DNA of 64,000 nt from Mobula hypostoma (taxonomy: Eukaryota), in NCBI RefSeq assembly GCF_963921235.1, contig NC_086108.1:103108001-103172000 (forward strand), read 5' to 3'. Both the position numbers and the translations under genes were made by a program. Under the pieces are notes generated by a model. It ran no database searches. It saw only the letters and a program-made list of their open reading frames with translations, and had not been told where the DNA came from. Below, in pieces: positions 62,590 through 64,000 of this stretch. Positions within the stretch are counted from its first letter, which is position 1; every line of letters begins with the position of its first letter.

Positions 62590-63345
62590 GGAACATACCA
62601 CCACACCATCACCAAAGACAGTAGCAAATTTCTACAGATGTTAACATGGACAGTATTCAAACTGGTTGCATCACCATCTGCTACGGAAGGGACAGTGCAC
62701 AGGATCAGAAAAAGCTGCAAAAAGTTGTAAATCCAACCAGCTTCATCAAAGGCATTTGCCTCCCCAGCATCCAGTACACCTTCAAAAGGCAATGCCTCAA
62801 AAAGGTGAATCCCCATCACCCAAAACATGTCCTCCTGTCTGTCTGGCAGTAATATTCCCACAATTAATTCAGATGAGGTGTAAAGCCGAGCAAATCTCTA
62901 CAGATGTTCTGTGGAACATTCAAGCTGGTTGTATCTCCATCTGATATGGAGGGGCCACTGCACAGGATCAGAAAAAGCTGTAGACTCAGCCAGCTCCATC
63001 ATGGCCACTAGCCTCCCCACCACCAAGGACATCTTCAAAAGGTGATGCTTCAAGAATCCATCATTATGGGCCACCACCATCCAGAATATAGCTTATTACT
63101 ACCATCAATGAGGTACAGGAGCCTGAAGACACACACTCAATGTTTTAGGAACGGTTTCTTCCCTTGTGCCATCAGATTTCTGACAAACCATGAACACTAC
63201 CATACTATTTTGCTTTCTACTTATTTATCTTTTTATGTTTCTAATTGTAACTTATCAGTGTTTTTACTATGTATTATACCGTCCTGCTGACGCAAAGCAA
63301 CAAATTTCCCGACGTAGGTCAGTGATAATAATAATCTGATTCTGA
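62590..63345 (+). mobile_element. Two tandem Rex/Babar-like 3' fragments
   Basis: AAATTTCTACAGATG at ~62626 and AAATCTCTACAGATG at ~62892; GCITICYG...KKLQKVV; RYRSLKTHTQCFRNGF. Confidence 0.7.
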
Positions 63346-63361
63346 AGTGTGTTAGGGAGAA

Positions 63362-64000
63362 GTAATCAGGATCAGACTTAATATCACTGGCATACATCGT
63401 GAAATTGGTTATTTTATGGCAGCAGTACATTGCAATACATAATAATAAAAAATGATAAATTACAACATGAATATATAAATAAGTAGTGCATAAAGACAGG
63501 AAATAATAACGAGGTACTGTTCATGGGTTCGTTGTCCGTTCAGAAATCTGATGGCAGAGTGATAGAAGCTGTTCCTGAAACGTTGAGTATACGATTTCAG
63601 TTTCCTGCACATCCTCTTTGATGATAGCAATGAGAAGAGGTCACTGCCTGGGTGACGGGAATCCTTAATGACGGATGCTGCTTTTTTGAAGCAGGTGTAC
63701 TTGATGCCGGAGAAGCTAATGCTCTTGATGGAGCTGGCTGACTTTACAACGTTCCGCAACTTTTTCTAATCCTGTGCAATGGCCCCTTCATACAGACAGT
63801 GATTCCACCGGTTAGAATGTTTTCCACAGTACATCTGCAGAAATGAGCACATCTATGGTGATATACCAAGTCTATTCAAACTCCTTATTGAATATAGCCG
63901 CTGTCATGCTTCTTTGAAATTCAATAAAATTGTTGGGCCTGGGATAAATCTTCAGAGATGTGAAACCAACGAACTTGAAACTGCTCACCCTTCACAGTGC
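63362..64000 (-). mobile_element. Rex/Babar-like LINE 3' fragment, runs off the window
   Basis: Minus ORF NVVKSASSI...KDSRHPGSDLFSLLSS...RFRNSF. Confidence 0.75.

Noticed and set aside
1..64000. CRISPR array, rRNA, operons or bacterial regulatory signals
   Set aside because: No regularly spaced repeats or prokaryotic gene density; the sequence is eukaryotic and TE-rich.

Overview
Eukaryotic, non-bacterial DNA. The repeat families (HER1/CR1 LINEs, HE1/V-type SINEs, Deu-type SINEs, Rex/Babar, Penelope-like elements) suggest a cartilaginous fish; that assignment is inference from recall, not a search. The window is dominated by decayed and often nested transposable elements: CR1, Rex/Babar, RTE and RLE-type LINEs, Penelope-like elements (PLEs), one Gypsy LTR remnant, and Tigger/pogo, Tc1, hAT-Buster and PIF/Harbinger non-autonomous DNA elements. 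Most ORFs in the supplied track are TE fragments or antisense shadows of them. The only credible host-gene signal is one 76-nt minus-strand internal exon candidate (61251-61326), which suggests the window is mostly one large intron. The most notable structures are (i) minimal dimer-type hammerhead ribozyme motifs in the PLE 3' repeats, (ii) a head-to-head palindromic PLE insertion with a 16-bp TSD whose arms may come from two templates, (iii) a 135-bp PLE insertion that starts almost exactly at the ribozyme, (iv) two inverted Tigger derivatives carrying a long internal hairpin, and (v) a relic of a restriction-like-endonuclease (HERO/NeSL-type) LINE that the ORF track misses. I found no convincing evidence of an intact, wholly new multi-gene system. 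Boundaries without a stated TSD/TIR are approximate.
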